The position numbers were made by a program, and so were the translations under genes. The notes beneath the pieces were generated by a model. That model ran no database searches. It worked only from the letters and a program-made list of their open reading frames with translations, and was not told the DNA's origin. Shown here piece by piece: positions 36,053 to 45,791 of a DNA stretch of 64,000 nt. Source of the DNA: an uncultured delta proteobacterium (lineage in GTDB: Bacteria > Desulfobacterota > Syntrophobacteria > Syntrophobacterales > Syntrophobacteraceae); contig CAWEHK010000031.1 in the NCBI GenBank assembly GCA_963808625.1, forward strand, positions 1 to 64,000, in the 5' to 3' direction. The stretch's first letter is position 1. Every line of letters begins with the position of its first letter.

Positions 36053-37099
36053 TCACATGGCGTTTGTCCACCGTTCATACAGAAACTTTCGGATAATCAA
36101 TTTCACCAAACTGGTCACCTCTGGCAGGCTGGAAAGCTTGCCCCGTAGATTTATGAGACTATTCTCTGCAAATCTATAGAAGCTCCTGAGCTGGAACTGA
36201 TTTTTCAAGTAGATCTCTCTTGCCTGCAGCAAATCGATGTTTGCAAAGCGGACCTTCGCGCCCGCTGGGAGTTGGGCGAGCAGGGGCAGGTCCGCGGCGA
36301 TCACCGTGGCGATTTTGACATATCCTCCCACCGTCTGGCAATCCGCTGCCAGGATGGTCGGTTGCTGGTTGCCGTGCACCTGAACGGCGCCCGCGCACGT
36401 TCCATCGGAGATAATGTCCACACCTCGGCGGAGCTCGATGAGCGGTCCCGCGAGGGCGATCCCCATGCGATCCAGCCGGGTGGTGACTTCATACAGACTG
36501 GATAGAAAAGTCTCCATTCCTTTCGCCGTGACATGATCGTCCTGGGGGCCGGGAATGACTCTCAGGGTCGGCTGCTCCGAGTAGGGGGGAATCAACCGGG
36601 CGGGAAAGGCGAAGATGGGTTTGCCATACCTCTCGCCCAGGGGAAGGATGTCGCCTTTCTGCAACGCTCTGCCTTGATATCCGCCGAATCCGCCTCTGAG
36701 GTAGGTCGACCGACTGCCCATGATCTCCGGCACGTCCACCCCGCCCGCCACCGCCAGGTACGAGCGCAGCCCGATGCGGGCATAATCGAGGCTGAGGACA
36801 TCGCCTGCTTTCGCACAGTGACAGGTCCAGTTTGAGATGGGACCATGGTTCAGCCTGGGCGCCTGGTCGGCACCGGTAATAGCAAAGTGGGCATCGCACA
36901 AAAATTCCGCCTGGAATCCTCCCAGAGTTATCTCGATGGCAGCAGCGCCAACGGCGTTACCCACCAGCAGGTTGCCGACCATCAGAGCCTGCTGGTCCAT
37001 CGCACCGGACACGGGGACGCCCCGGTCCCGAAACCCGAACCGGCCCCGGTCCTGGATCGTTGCCAGTGGACCTCCCTCAATGATGCTGATGGCTTTCAA
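36053..37099 (-). CDS. pxpC: 5-oxoprolinase subunit C
   Basis: TIQDRGRFG, GVPVSGAMD, GSRST and DCQTVGGYVKI motifs. Confidence 0.9.
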   Translation of the reverse strand: MKAISIIEGGPLATIQDRGRFGFRDRGVPVSGAMDQQALMVGNLLVGNAVGAAAIEITLGGFQAEFLCDAHFAITGADQAPRLNHGPISNWTCHCAKAGDVLSLDYARIGLRSYLAVAGGVDVPEIMGSRSTYLRGGFGGYQGRALQKGDILPLGERYGKPIFAFPARLIPPYSEQPTLRVIPGPQDDHVTAKGMETFLSSLYEVTTRLDRMGIALAGPLIELRRGVDIISDGTCAGAVQVHGNQQPTILAADCQTVGGYVKIATVIAADLPLLAQLPAGAKVRFANIDLLQAREIYLKNQFQLRSFYRFAENSLINLRGKLSSLPEVTSLVKLIIRKFLYERWTNAM

Positions 37100-37769
37100 A
37101 TGCTTCCCTCGTGATGGGCTTGAACTTCAGGGATTGCCCGGCATGAATGATGAAGGGGTCCGCCTTGTCGAGGTCGAATATCCTGACTGGAGTCTTCCCA
37201 ATCAAGTGCCATCCGCCAGGGCTGTCGATGGGGTAGATCCCGGTCTGGCGATCGGCGAGGCCGACGCTGCCCGCCAGCACCACCTTGCGCGGCTCCTTTC
37301 TCCGGGGCGTGTGGAGACGCTCATCGAGTCCTCCCAGGTAGGGGAAGCCGGGAGTGAAGCCGATCATGTAGACATAGTAAAGAGCGGCGCAATGGAGCCT
37401 CACCACTTCGCCGGGGGTCATGCCGTGAAAGGATGCAACAGAGTCCAGATCGGGGCCGTATTCGCCGCCGTAGCAAACCGGAATCTCGATGACCCGGGTG
37501 GAGGCCGCCGTGCCTTCGGGCGCTGCTTTCAGGCATTCGTCAACGACCAGCAACAGGTTCTCGAAAGAACATTGCCACGGGTCGTATTGAATGAAGAGGG
37601 AACGGTAGGTGGGATTTAACCCCAGAATGCCCGGGTGTTGTCGTTTTATGAGTTGTCCGAACAACTGCTGGACCCGGCGGTTGATGGCCGGGTCGATGGC
37701 GTCTCCAAATTCCACGCTGATTCCGGTGTCACCACACAAAAGGACACGCGTTTCGGAGTATTCGTTCAT
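37077..37769 (-). CDS. pxpB: 5-oxoprolinase subunit B
   Basis: EIPVCYGGEYGPDL, GFTPGFPYLG and TGIYPIDSPGGW motifs. Confidence 0.92.
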   Translation of the reverse strand: MNEYSETRVLLCGDTGISVEFGDAIDPAINRRVQQLFGQLIKRQHPGILGLNPTYRSLFIQYDPWQCSFENLLLVVDECLKAAPEGTAASTRVIEIPVCYGGEYGPDLDSVASFHGMTPGEVVRLHCAALYYVYMIGFTPGFPYLGGLDERLHTPRRKEPRKVVLAGSVGLADRQTGIYPIDSPGGWHLIGKTPVRIFDLDKADPFIIHAGQSLKFKPITREAFESHQHH

Positions 37770-37897
37770 GGCTCAATATCCGTGCCCGCATTCGGGAAAC
37801 GGAACGGCAGGCAGTCTCGCCGTTTTCTATGGAGTCGTCCACCCACAAAGCATTTTCTTTTACCACGAAAGACAGAAGCGAAAAGATTCCTTCGTTT

Positions 37898-37951
37898 CTT
37901 CGTGCTCTTCGTGCTCTTCGTGCTCTTCGTGCTCTTCGTGCTCTTCGTGGT
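37898..37951. repeat. 9-bp tandem repeat (CTTCGTGCT) x5 plus one variant
   Basis: Read directly; forms the right arm of an imperfect inverted repeat starting at 37862. Confidence 0.9.
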
Positions 37952-38104
37952 TAGAAAGGCGGACGAAATAAGAGCAAAATAAGGAAGGCGCTCAACCGAC
38001 CATCATGACCCAAGCCAGGGGCCGGTGGCAAACTTGCTCGCAGAGACGAACCGGCGGAGCGGGCGGGGAGGCCCCAGGGCTTGAGCCTCCAGGCCTTCAA
38101 TGAT

Positions 38105-39125
38105 CTAACTCATGCGCGCAGGTACCTGCCCAGTCTGATTGATGGCCGAGAGCTTCCATTGGGACGCACCGAGGTCCCGGCAGAAGGTCCAGAATTCCTG
38201 GAACTTCACGGGATTCAATTTATCTCCCTCGACAACCTGGCCGGTCTTTTCATCCAGCGTGTAGTCGAGGAGGTTCGCCGTGAACAGTACCGTGATATAT
38301 TCCTTCCCGGTTTCCTGCCACATTTCGGAGGGTTCGACTTTCCGAATGGCAATGTTCTCGAGACGATTGATTATGCCCTTGCTCTTCATCGCCTCGAATT
38401 CGGTTCTGAAAAATGCGGCCATCTCGCTCGTAACGATCGCTTCGATCCCTTCCACGCTACGATTCATCCAGGCCGCCTGCACTTTGAAGAAGAGATCCTG
38501 GAAGGTCTCTTTGAGGGCCTCTTCGCTGAAGCCGGGGTCGGCCTGCCGCATCTGCCGAAAGCCCTGTGCAACTTCCGAAACAGCGGGATAGCTGTCTTGC
38601 TGGGAGTCGCGGTATAAGGCAGACGGTCCGGAAGAGCTCCCCTCATCCTGATAACGGGCCTGGCTGTAGCTTCCGGAGGCAGCGGCCTGCTGGGCCCGCC
38701 GCCTTCTTGAAAAACCGGTAGGCAAAGTAGAGCAGCAGCCCGATGAGGGCGAAATCGAGAAGCCCCATGCCTCCTCCCGTCATTCCACCGGGCGATGCGT
38801 GGCCGGTGCCGCCAAAGAGAAGACTCCCGAGCAGCCCGCCAGCGAGCCCTCCCGCCAGTCCCTGCATTAAGGGACTGCCGCTGAAGAACCCACCTGACGG
38901 CTGGCCGGGAGTCCCGAGGGACGGGTTTCTCCCCGGTGTGCTAAGGCCGGGGGAACCCGTGGACGGACTCGACGGCGCGCTCGGAGCCGAAAAACTGCGG
39001 CCTCCGCGGCTTCCCGACGAACCTCCGCCACCCGCTCTCGCCCAGGCGCTCGATTCCACAAATGTTGAAACGGCAAAAAAGAACAGGGCCAGGACTGCCA
39101 GCCCGGCAATCAATTTTTTTCTCAT
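38105..39125 (-). CDS. Tim44-domain protein (frameshifted)
   Basis: ARAGGGGSSGSRG, GLAGGLLGSLLFG, VQAAW and FQEFWTF motifs. Confidence 0.88.
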
Positions 39126-39185
39126 GTTAAATGCTCCTCCTTATCGAGTGGAACCTCGCCAAACAACCCCTTCCGCGGTGCTTGA

Positions 39186-39470
39186 CTAGTCGAAGTCGAA
39201 AACCTCCTGAAGGAATGATTTTCGTTTGTGCTTCTGATGCCCAGAATGCCTCGGGTCGTATTCCCGGGGGTGCGCGGGGGGAGCCTGACGGGGATGGGGC
39301 TCACGGTATTCGCCTCCGTAACTCTGAGGAGGAGGGGCAGCGGATCTCTCAATCATCTTATCAAGCTCGCCCCGGTCGAGCCAGACGCCTCTGCACTTGG
39401 GGCAATAGTCAATCTCTATTCCCTGTCTGTCTGCGATCATCAGGTCAACACTACATAATGGACATTTCAT
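39186..39470 (-). CDS. zf-TFIIB zinc-finger protein
   Basis: MKCPLC...IEIDYCPKCRGVWLDRGELDK; C-terminal KSFLQEVFDFD. Confidence 0.9.
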   Translation of the reverse strand: MKCPLCSVDLMIADRQGIEIDYCPKCRGVWLDRGELDKMIERSAAPPPQSYGGEYREPHPRQAPPAHPREYDPRHSGHQKHKRKSFLQEVFDFD

Positions 39471-39623
39471 TGTTCTTCCTCTCCATGTTGGTTGTTTAAC
39501 AGGCATCCTCTCACGCCCCGACCGGTGGTTGCCATTGGAACCATGCGTTTTACCGGAGTCATGGTCTCCTTTCCTGGAACCGTTGTGATCCCACGCAACG
39601 CCCTTGCCGCCTCGCTCCTCGGC

Positions 39624-39670
39624 AAAAAAAAACGAGACCTTCGGCGTGTTTTACCACCCCAAAAGTCTCG
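39624..39670 (-). terminator. Terminator of the riboswitch expression platform
   Basis: cgagactttt...gaaggtctcg stem followed by a T run. Confidence 0.7.
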
Positions 39671-39760
39671 CTAATTGGCATAACCCAACGGCAAAGCCAG
39701 GTGTGTTTGCATGGCACCGTATTGGTGACTTTGCCCTAAGTAGCTACTCCCTCTTGTTGG
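39661..39760 (-). promoter_or_regulatory. yybP-ykoY (Mn2+) riboswitch
   Basis: Minus strand AGGGAGTAGC...GTCACCAATAC...GCGAGAC, overlapping a terminator. Confidence 0.75.
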
Positions 39761-40510
39761 GATGAATTGTAACCACGTTCCCGCTGATGTCAACCGTGAA
39801 CGGAAATGCCTCCCGCGCCCGTCCCGATCAAAAGGGTGGACACGCCCAATTCGACGGGAGACGAACCGGCAGCACGCCCGGGAACCGGCTGATGATTTCG
39901 AGCAGGTCTTGGATCTTATTTTGGATGTCGAGGAGGGCGAGCATGCGCAGGGTCGAAGGCAGGGTGCCATGCGAAAAAACGTGACGCTGAACTACGTATT
40001 CGCCCGCTTCCGGATGGCAGGGATGATAGCAGTAAACCAGTCCTTCGGCGACGAGACTGATCAGCAGACAGATCAGCGCACAGGTAAAACCTTCCGGGAT
40101 CTTCATTAATATTCTATATTGGTTAAGGTTAAAGATCTGGAGCGGCAGTTTGCGGCGACCTTGATAAAATCGTGCCTAAGAGGCGCTCCTACGGAAAGGT
40201 AGTGGCGGCCCTGGCAAAGTGCAGGATTTCTGCCTTGATCGGTATAGAATGAACGCAATGGGGGGGTAAGCAGGGGGCTACGCCCCGGCAGGCTTAAAAG
40301 CCTGCCTCGCGAGATGCATGGAATGGAGGGATATGGGCTGGGGGCTTATCCATATAAAAAAGGCGCCCCGGAGAGCCGAATCCTCTTTTCTGATGCGCCG
40401 GCGCTCGTTAGTATAAAAGACTCAAGGATCATCACAGGATATGTGACGTCGCATTTACATTTTGTTCACGTCAAACCCCTTTTTATTACAGTGGAGAAGA
40501 GGACCGGCAA

Positions 40511-40855
40511 ATGACAGAAAGCAAAACCCCAACGAAACCCATCGTGCTGAACGAGGTAAACTTTGACAAGGTCCTGGCGGAAACCGAACTCCCGGTAGTC
40601 TTCGAGTTCTGGGCTTCCTGGTGCCATCACTGCACCGCTCTTTCATCCATAATCGATGAGGTTGCCGAGGAAATGGGAGGTGAAGTCCTCATCGGCCAGA
40701 TTAATTGCGACTTGAACCGGGATCTGTGCAAGCGGTATGACGTGAAAGCAGTCCCCACGCTCTTCCTGGCAAAGCAGGGCAAGGTGGTGGGCACAACGGT
40801 CAATCCCAAGGAAAAAGAAACGCTGGTCTCCTGGATAAAAGGCATGCTAGCCTAG
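40511..40855 (+). CDS. Thioredoxin-family protein
   Basis: FWASWCHHC active site and VPT cis-Pro loop. Confidence 0.88.
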   Translation: MTESKTPTKPIVLNEVNFDKVLAETELPVVFEFWASWCHHCTALSSIIDEVAEEMGGEVLIGQINCDLNRDLCKRYDVKAVPTLFLAKQGKVVGTTVNPKEKETLVSWIKGMLA

Positions 40856-40872
40856 CTGCTTGGTCAGCTGCT

Positions 40873-41046
40873 GGTATAATGGTTTCGACGGAAGAAGAAG
40901 CGGTCAGGTTTTTGCTCATCTCGGGGAAGCCGATCAATGAACCGGTTGCGTGGTACGGCCCTATTGTGATGAATACAAAAGAAGAATTGCGCATCGCTTT
41001 TGACGAATACCACAATGGCACGTTTATCAAACATCATAAATCTTAG
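40873..41046 (+). pseudogene. C-terminal fragment of pirin
   Basis: [41 protein letters not shown]. Confidence 0.85.
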
Positions 41047-41177
41047 AGCGTGTCCAAAAAGTTCTCCCGAGTCACATTGCGTCATTCCGGCGAAAGCCGG
41101 AATCCAGGTCTTTTAAGACTTTCTGGACCCCGGCTTTCGCCGGGGTGACGGGATAGAAGGGCTTTTTAGAAACCTTC
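41046..41177 (+). mobile_element. 132-bp MITE with IS5-like TIRs, TTA duplication and internal REP-like hairpin pair
   Basis: tta|gagcgtgtccaaaaag ... ctttttagaaaccttc|tta; left end matches the IS5 TIR at 32431 in 15 of 16 positions. Confidence 0.8.
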
Positions 41178-41214
41178 TTAGAATGAAGAAAGGCCTCACG
41201 CGGGTTTGCAAGAA

Positions 41215-41928
41215 ATGGCTTTACGAGGAATCAGCGTATGCATATTCGATGTCAATGGCGTTTTGATTGATTCAAACCTGGCTAATGCTCAGGCCATGGC
41301 GCAGGGTTTTACCGATGATCCCGGAATGCAGGAGAGAATCATTCAATTATACCTCAAGCTCACGGGCATCGACCGTGGACAGAAAATCCGGATCATTCAA
41401 GATCAGATCGTCGGCCGCCCGTTCAAGGAAGGCGAATTTGAACGGCGTTGGGAGAGGTTCAAGGGCCTGGGCCGATGGTCCATGCTCAAGGCTCCGTTGA
41501 CGGAGGGATGCAGTGAGGTGCTGGCGGCGATCGGGAAGCGCAGGATCACCCGAGCCGCCCTTTCCAACACGCCAGCCAGTGAGTTGCAGGAAACGCTCGA
41601 GGCCCATCACCTGGGACCCCTTCTGGACCTGGCTCGTGGCGGCGGTGACTGGCCGAAATCGGAATCGCTCAAGCAGCTCCTGAAGGAGTTCCAGTTTGCC
41701 CCGATCCAATGCCTCTTTTTCGGCGACGGAAAGGGTGACCTGGCAGCAGCCAGACAGGCCGGTGTGCCCTTTGTTGCCATTGATTCGGGAACCGGGCAAT
41801 TCGACACCGAAGAGGGCTTCGCGGGCCCTTACGGGTCCCTTGCGGAATGGGGCCGGGAGGTGTTGGGCATGGATCTCGTTTTGAGAGTCTGTCAGCCCGG
41901 GGGACGGTCCAAAACAGCCGGGCAGTGA
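41215..41928 (+). CDS. HAD-family hydrolase
   Basis: IFDVNGVLIDS, LSN, PK and FFGDGKGD motifs. Confidence 0.85.
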   Translation: MALRGISVCIFDVNGVLIDSNLANAQAMAQGFTDDPGMQERIIQLYLKLTGIDRGQKIRIIQDQIVGRPFKEGEFERRWERFKGLGRWSMLKAPLTEGCSEVLAAIGKRRITRAALSNTPASELQETLEAHHLGPLLDLARGGGDWPKSESLKQLLKEFQFAPIQCLFFGDGKGDLAAARQAGVPFVAIDSGTGQFDTEEGFAGPYGSLAEWGREVLGMDLVLRVCQPGGRSKTAGQ

Positions 41929-42059
41929 CCCACTTTGTGCTGCAGGTTCGAATGCCGTCCCCTCCCGGTGGTCGTTTTCCGATCATCATCTCGAAATGTT
42001 TGTAACTACCGCTTCCTTTCACCTTGATAAAGGCTGTCTTCTCTGCAGGAGGATAACAC

Positions 42060-42485
42060 ATGAAACCACAGCTCCTTGCCCTCGTTACCGCCATTGCCTG
42101 GGGCGTGGGCGGCTATTTTGAAAAGAAGGGTCTGCACATGGGCCACCTTTCTCCCCAAGTAGGGATCACTATCCGAACCGCTGTGGCCCTCCTGATCCTG
42201 GCCTGCGTCAGTTTCCCGGAGTGGCGGTCCGTAGCGCAGGCAGGCTCGAAGTCGCTCCTCTACATGGTTATCGGCGGAGGCGTGGTAGCGGGCTCGGTTG
42301 GGATGCTCTGCTTCTACGCTGCGATCAAAGGGGCGCCGCTCAGTCGGGTTATGCCCATTGCCTTTACGTCACCACTCTTCGGTGCTGCGATGGGTATAAT
42401 TTATGGCGGAGAACCTTTGACGCTGAAGACCGTCCTGGGTATGGCACTAACGGTCGGCGGCATCGTTCTTCTTACCATCGGGTAG
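42060..42485 (+). CDS. EamA/DMT-family small transporter
   Basis: About five hydrophobic helices; GEPLT motif. Confidence 0.85.
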   Translation: MKPQLLALVTAIAWGVGGYFEKKGLHMGHLSPQVGITIRTAVALLILACVSFPEWRSVAQAGSKSLLYMVIGGGVVAGSVGMLCFYAAIKGAPLSRVMPIAFTSPLFGAAMGIIYGGEPLTLKTVLGMALTVGGIVLLTIG

Positions 42486-42519
42486 AGAATCCTCCGCTCC
42501 CGTCCTCACCGCTTCACCG

Positions 42520-42890
42520 CGTCCCTCCAGAATTATGGCCGCCCGCATCAACATATTGACAGGGTTACGCTGGTTGCCGACATGCCCGGCGTGGGCCCCG
42601 AAAACGTAGCCATCGACGTCCACGATAATCACTTGACGCTTCGCGGGACGGTCACGACGGAGGGAGAAAAGGAACGGGTGCTCCTTCAGGAATACGGCGT
42701 CGGCGACTATTTCCGCGAATTCACGCTGGGAAGACTGATCGACCAGTCAAAGATCGAAGCGAGTATGAAGCATGGGGTTCTCACGTTGACATTGCCCAAA
42801 GCGGAAGCAATTAAGCCCCGGAAAATCAGCGTTAAGACGAGTAGTGTCCATCCGGAAACCCCATGTAGGAGGGGCTTCCAGCCGCGATAG
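42520..42890 (+). pseudogene. Hsp20/alpha-crystallin protein, 5' end damaged
   Basis: LVADMPGV, YFREFTLG and GVLTLTLPK motifs; no clean start. Confidence 0.7.
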
Positions 42891-42909
42891 GCTGGAAGCC
42901 CCTCCTACA
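42864..42909. repeat. GTAG-type REP doublet
   Basis: tgtaggaggggcttccagcc-gcgata-ggctggaagcccctcctaca, with 20-bp perfect arms. Confidence 0.85.
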
Positions 42910-43117
42910 GAACAAGGCGCTACTTTCCGGATGAGAACGAGTAACCCGGGCTCGGCCAAGAATCCCTCAAAAGAGCCGGTTGGGTTCTTCTCCAACCGGC
43001 TCTTTTTATTTTTGCCTGTTTCTTCTATGCTTTAGTGTCTTAAACTGTTAGTCGCGTCAGTGGTTTCGGAAAGAAAAGGTGCAGGATGAAACCGAATACC
43101 ATGGAGGGCGAGGCGTC

Positions 43118-44545
43118 ATGGCGATAAGAGTGGTTCTCATCGGAGCGGGGCCGGGGGGATATGGTGCGGCGATTCGTGCTGCCCAACTGGGGGCGGAGGT
43201 CACGGTCATCGAGCGGGACAGCGTAGGAGGGACTTGCCTCAACTGGGGTTGCATTCCTTCCAAAGTCATGATCACCACGGCCGAGCTGCTGGATAAGTTT
43301 CACCGAGCCGAGGAATTCGGCCTGCGGTTGGACGGTAAAATCTTTCCCGATATGCAGCGACTCATGGCGCGCAAAGAGAAAGTGATCCAGGATCAAGCCA
43401 AAGGGATACTTGACTTGCTCCGTCACCATAAGGTCCGCACCCTCCGGGGTCGGGGCACTGTTGAAAAGCAAGGATTGATTGCCGCGCACCTGGACGACGG
43501 CACAACCCTCGAGGTCTACTGGGACAAACTCATTCTGGCCCCCGGGACCCAGCCCTTCAACTTTTCGGCATTTCCCTTCGACGGCGAATTCATCCTTTCC
43601 AGCAACGACGCGCTTTGCCTTCAGGAGGTCCCCGAGTCCGTCATGATCCTCGGGGGCGGCGTCATTGGATGCGAATTCGCCTTTCTCCTGGCGGCCCTCG
43701 GGTCCCAGGTCACCCTGGTCGAGGCCATGGACCGCCTCCTTCCCCTCCCCTCAGTCGACGAAGCCTGTTCCAGGGTAATTGAGCGGGAGATGAAAAAGCG
43801 GAAAATCAAGTTCATCGTAAAACGAACTGCAGAGCGCTTCCATCGCGATCATGGCAAACTCAGTGTAACCCTTGGCCCATCTCCGCTCCTCCGCGACCCC
43901 AAAGCAAAAGAACCCCTGGTCATGGAAGTAGCCAAAGTTTTGGTCGCCATAGGGCGGCAGCCCAACACCGCAGACATCGGTCTGGAAAAGCTGGGCGTGA
44001 ACGTTGACCAGGATGGGTGGATCATCGCCGACGACCGAATGGAAACCAATGTTCCCGGGGTTTATGCCATCGGCGATGTGCTCGGGCCGGCAAAAATAAT
44101 GCTCGCCCACGTGGCGACCGCGGAGGGCCGGGTTGCTGCGGAAAATGCCGCCGGCAAAGGTTGCACCATGGACTACAGCGTCGTGCCGGGAGCCATCTTC
44201 ACCATGCCGGAGGTAGCCAACGTCGGGCTGACGGAAACGCAAGCCAGGGAGCGGGGTTTGGGCGTCCGCGCTGACACGGTCCTCTTCCGGACCCTGGGAA
44301 AACCTCAGGTGCTCGGTGAAATCGCGGGCGAAGCCAAGATTGTCTCGGACGCAGAAACGGGCAGAATTCTGGGGGTCCATATCGTGGGACCGCATGCCAC
44401 GGACCTCATCGCCGAAGGGACCCTGGCGGTGAAGATGGGAGTCACGGTGAAGGACCTGGCGGAAACCATTCATGCGCATCCAACCCTTGCCGAGGTAATG
44501 GTGGAGGCATCGTTCAAAGCCCTGGATAACTCTTTGCACGGGTGA
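43118..44545 (+). CDS. lpdA: Dihydrolipoyl dehydrogenase
   Basis: GAGPGGY, GGTCLNWGCIPSK, GGGVIGCE and HAHPTLAE motifs. Confidence 0.95.
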   Translation: MAIRVVLIGAGPGGYGAAIRAAQLGAEVTVIERDSVGGTCLNWGCIPSKVMITTAELLDKFHRAEEFGLRLDGKIFPDMQRLMARKEKVIQDQAKGILDLLRHHKVRTLRGRGTVEKQGLIAAHLDDGTTLEVYWDKLILAPGTQPFNFSAFPFDGEFILSSNDALCLQEVPESVMILGGGVIGCEFAFLLAALGSQVTLVEAMDRLLPLPSVDEACSRVIEREMKKRKIKFIVKRTAERFHRDHGKLSVTLGPSPLLRDPKAKEPLVMEVAKVLVAIGRQPNTADIGLEKLGVNVDQDGWIIADDRMETNVPGVYAIGDVLGPAKIMLAHVATAEGRVAAENAAGKGCTMDYSVVPGAIFTMPEVANVGLTETQARERGLGVRADTVLFRTLGKPQVLGEIAGEAKIVSDAETGRILGVHIVGPHATDLIAEGTLAVKMGVTVKDLAETIHAHPTLAEVMVEASFKALDNSLHG

Positions 44546-44651
44546 TCTCCATCTGCGAATCTTTTTCGACGGAAGGTTCTCTTGCCCCTTGCCTGGTAAC
44601 ATGTTACCTTATGGCTACTGAGAGCGATTTCAATTGAAAGGGGTGGATTGA

Positions 44652-44870
44652 ATGGGAACGGCACTCACACCGAGCGAGAAGATGAGACGTTATCGTCACA
44701 ACATGCGCGTTGCCGGTCTGCGTCCCGTGCAAGTCTGGGTGCCGGATGTCAGGGCGCCCGGATTTATGGAGGAAGCCAGAGCGCAATCGTTGCGCGTCAG
44801 TGTCCATGCCAGCGAACGGGATGCACTGGATTTCATTGAATCCGTGGCGGACCTGGATGGATGGCAATGA
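44652..44870 (+). CDS. MazE-like (DUF3018) antitoxin
   Basis: GLRPVQVWVPDVRAPGF motif. Confidence 0.85.
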   Translation: MGTALTPSEKMRRYRHNMRVAGLRPVQVWVPDVRAPGFMEEARAQSLRVSVHASERDALDFIESVADLDGWQ

Positions 44871-45192
44871 AGCGCGGCGACGTGGTGTTGGTGATTGCGC
44901 CGGGTGATTATGGAAAGTCTCGTCCTGCCGTCGTGGTGCAGTCCGACATTTTCAACGAAACCCATGCAAGCATTGTGGTCTGTCTCTTGAGCACTGATTT
45001 ACAGGATGCGCCATTGTTTCGCCTCTCGGTTGAACCAACCGATGAAATGGTCTGCAAGTTACCTCCCAGATCATGGTGGATAAGATTGTTGCTCTGAAGC
45101 GAGACAGAATTAGAGCAAAAATCGGTTCACTGGATGAGGACTCGATGCCCCTTCTTAACCGATCGCTCATGTTTTTTTTGGGGCTTCCATAA
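44867..45192 (+). CDS. mazF: PemK/MazF-family toxin (frameshift near 45050)
   Basis: MKRGDVV...GDYGKSRPAVVVQSD, continuing as SQIMVDKIVAL in another frame. Confidence 0.85.
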
Positions 45193-45380
45193 GCACGCAA
45201 ATTGGCCTTCACAACGCCTCGATGTTACGGATTCACGGGTACACGGGCAACCCCCACCGCTCGTCTGACGGCACAACTTGGTACATATCGGCGATAGTTT
45301 GGAGTAACCTATGAGAGAGATTTCGCTCATTTTGTGCAGTATCCCAAGTAATGAGAAGGCATAAAGGAGGAGGAGAAGCC

Positions 45381-45791
45381 ATGAAGGAGATCAGCGAATT
45401 GAGCTTGCCCGAGGATGTCCGTTATACCGAGGATCATGAGTGGGCAAAAAAGCTTGGCGGCGAGAAGTTCCGGGTGGGCATCACCGACTATGCTCAAGAC
45501 CAGCTTGGTGACATCGTTTTTGTGGAAGTGCCCGAGGTGGGCTCGACTTTCTCCAAAGGAGAACAATTCGGGACGTTGGAGTCGGTCAAAGCCGTGGCTG
45601 AGGCGTACCTCCCGGTGAGCGGCGAAATCGTTGCCGTGAATGAGGCGCTGGAGGAATCCCCGCAACTGGTCAATCAAGCACCCTACGAGGAAGGATGGAT
45701 CGTTGAAGTGACCGCCTCCAACCCCTCTGAGTGGGACGGGCTTATGGCCAGGGATGCTTACCTCGAGATGCTGAAAGGCTTGGAAAAATGA
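45381..45791 (+). CDS. gcvH: Glycine cleavage system H protein
   Basis: VGITDYAQDQLGDIVFVE and lipoyl site ESVKA. Confidence 0.95.
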   Translation: MKEISELSLPEDVRYTEDHEWAKKLGGEKFRVGITDYAQDQLGDIVFVEVPEVGSTFSKGEQFGTLESVKAVAEAYLPVSGEIVAVNEALEESPQLVNQAPYEEGWIVEVTASNPSEWDGLMARDAYLEMLKGLEK

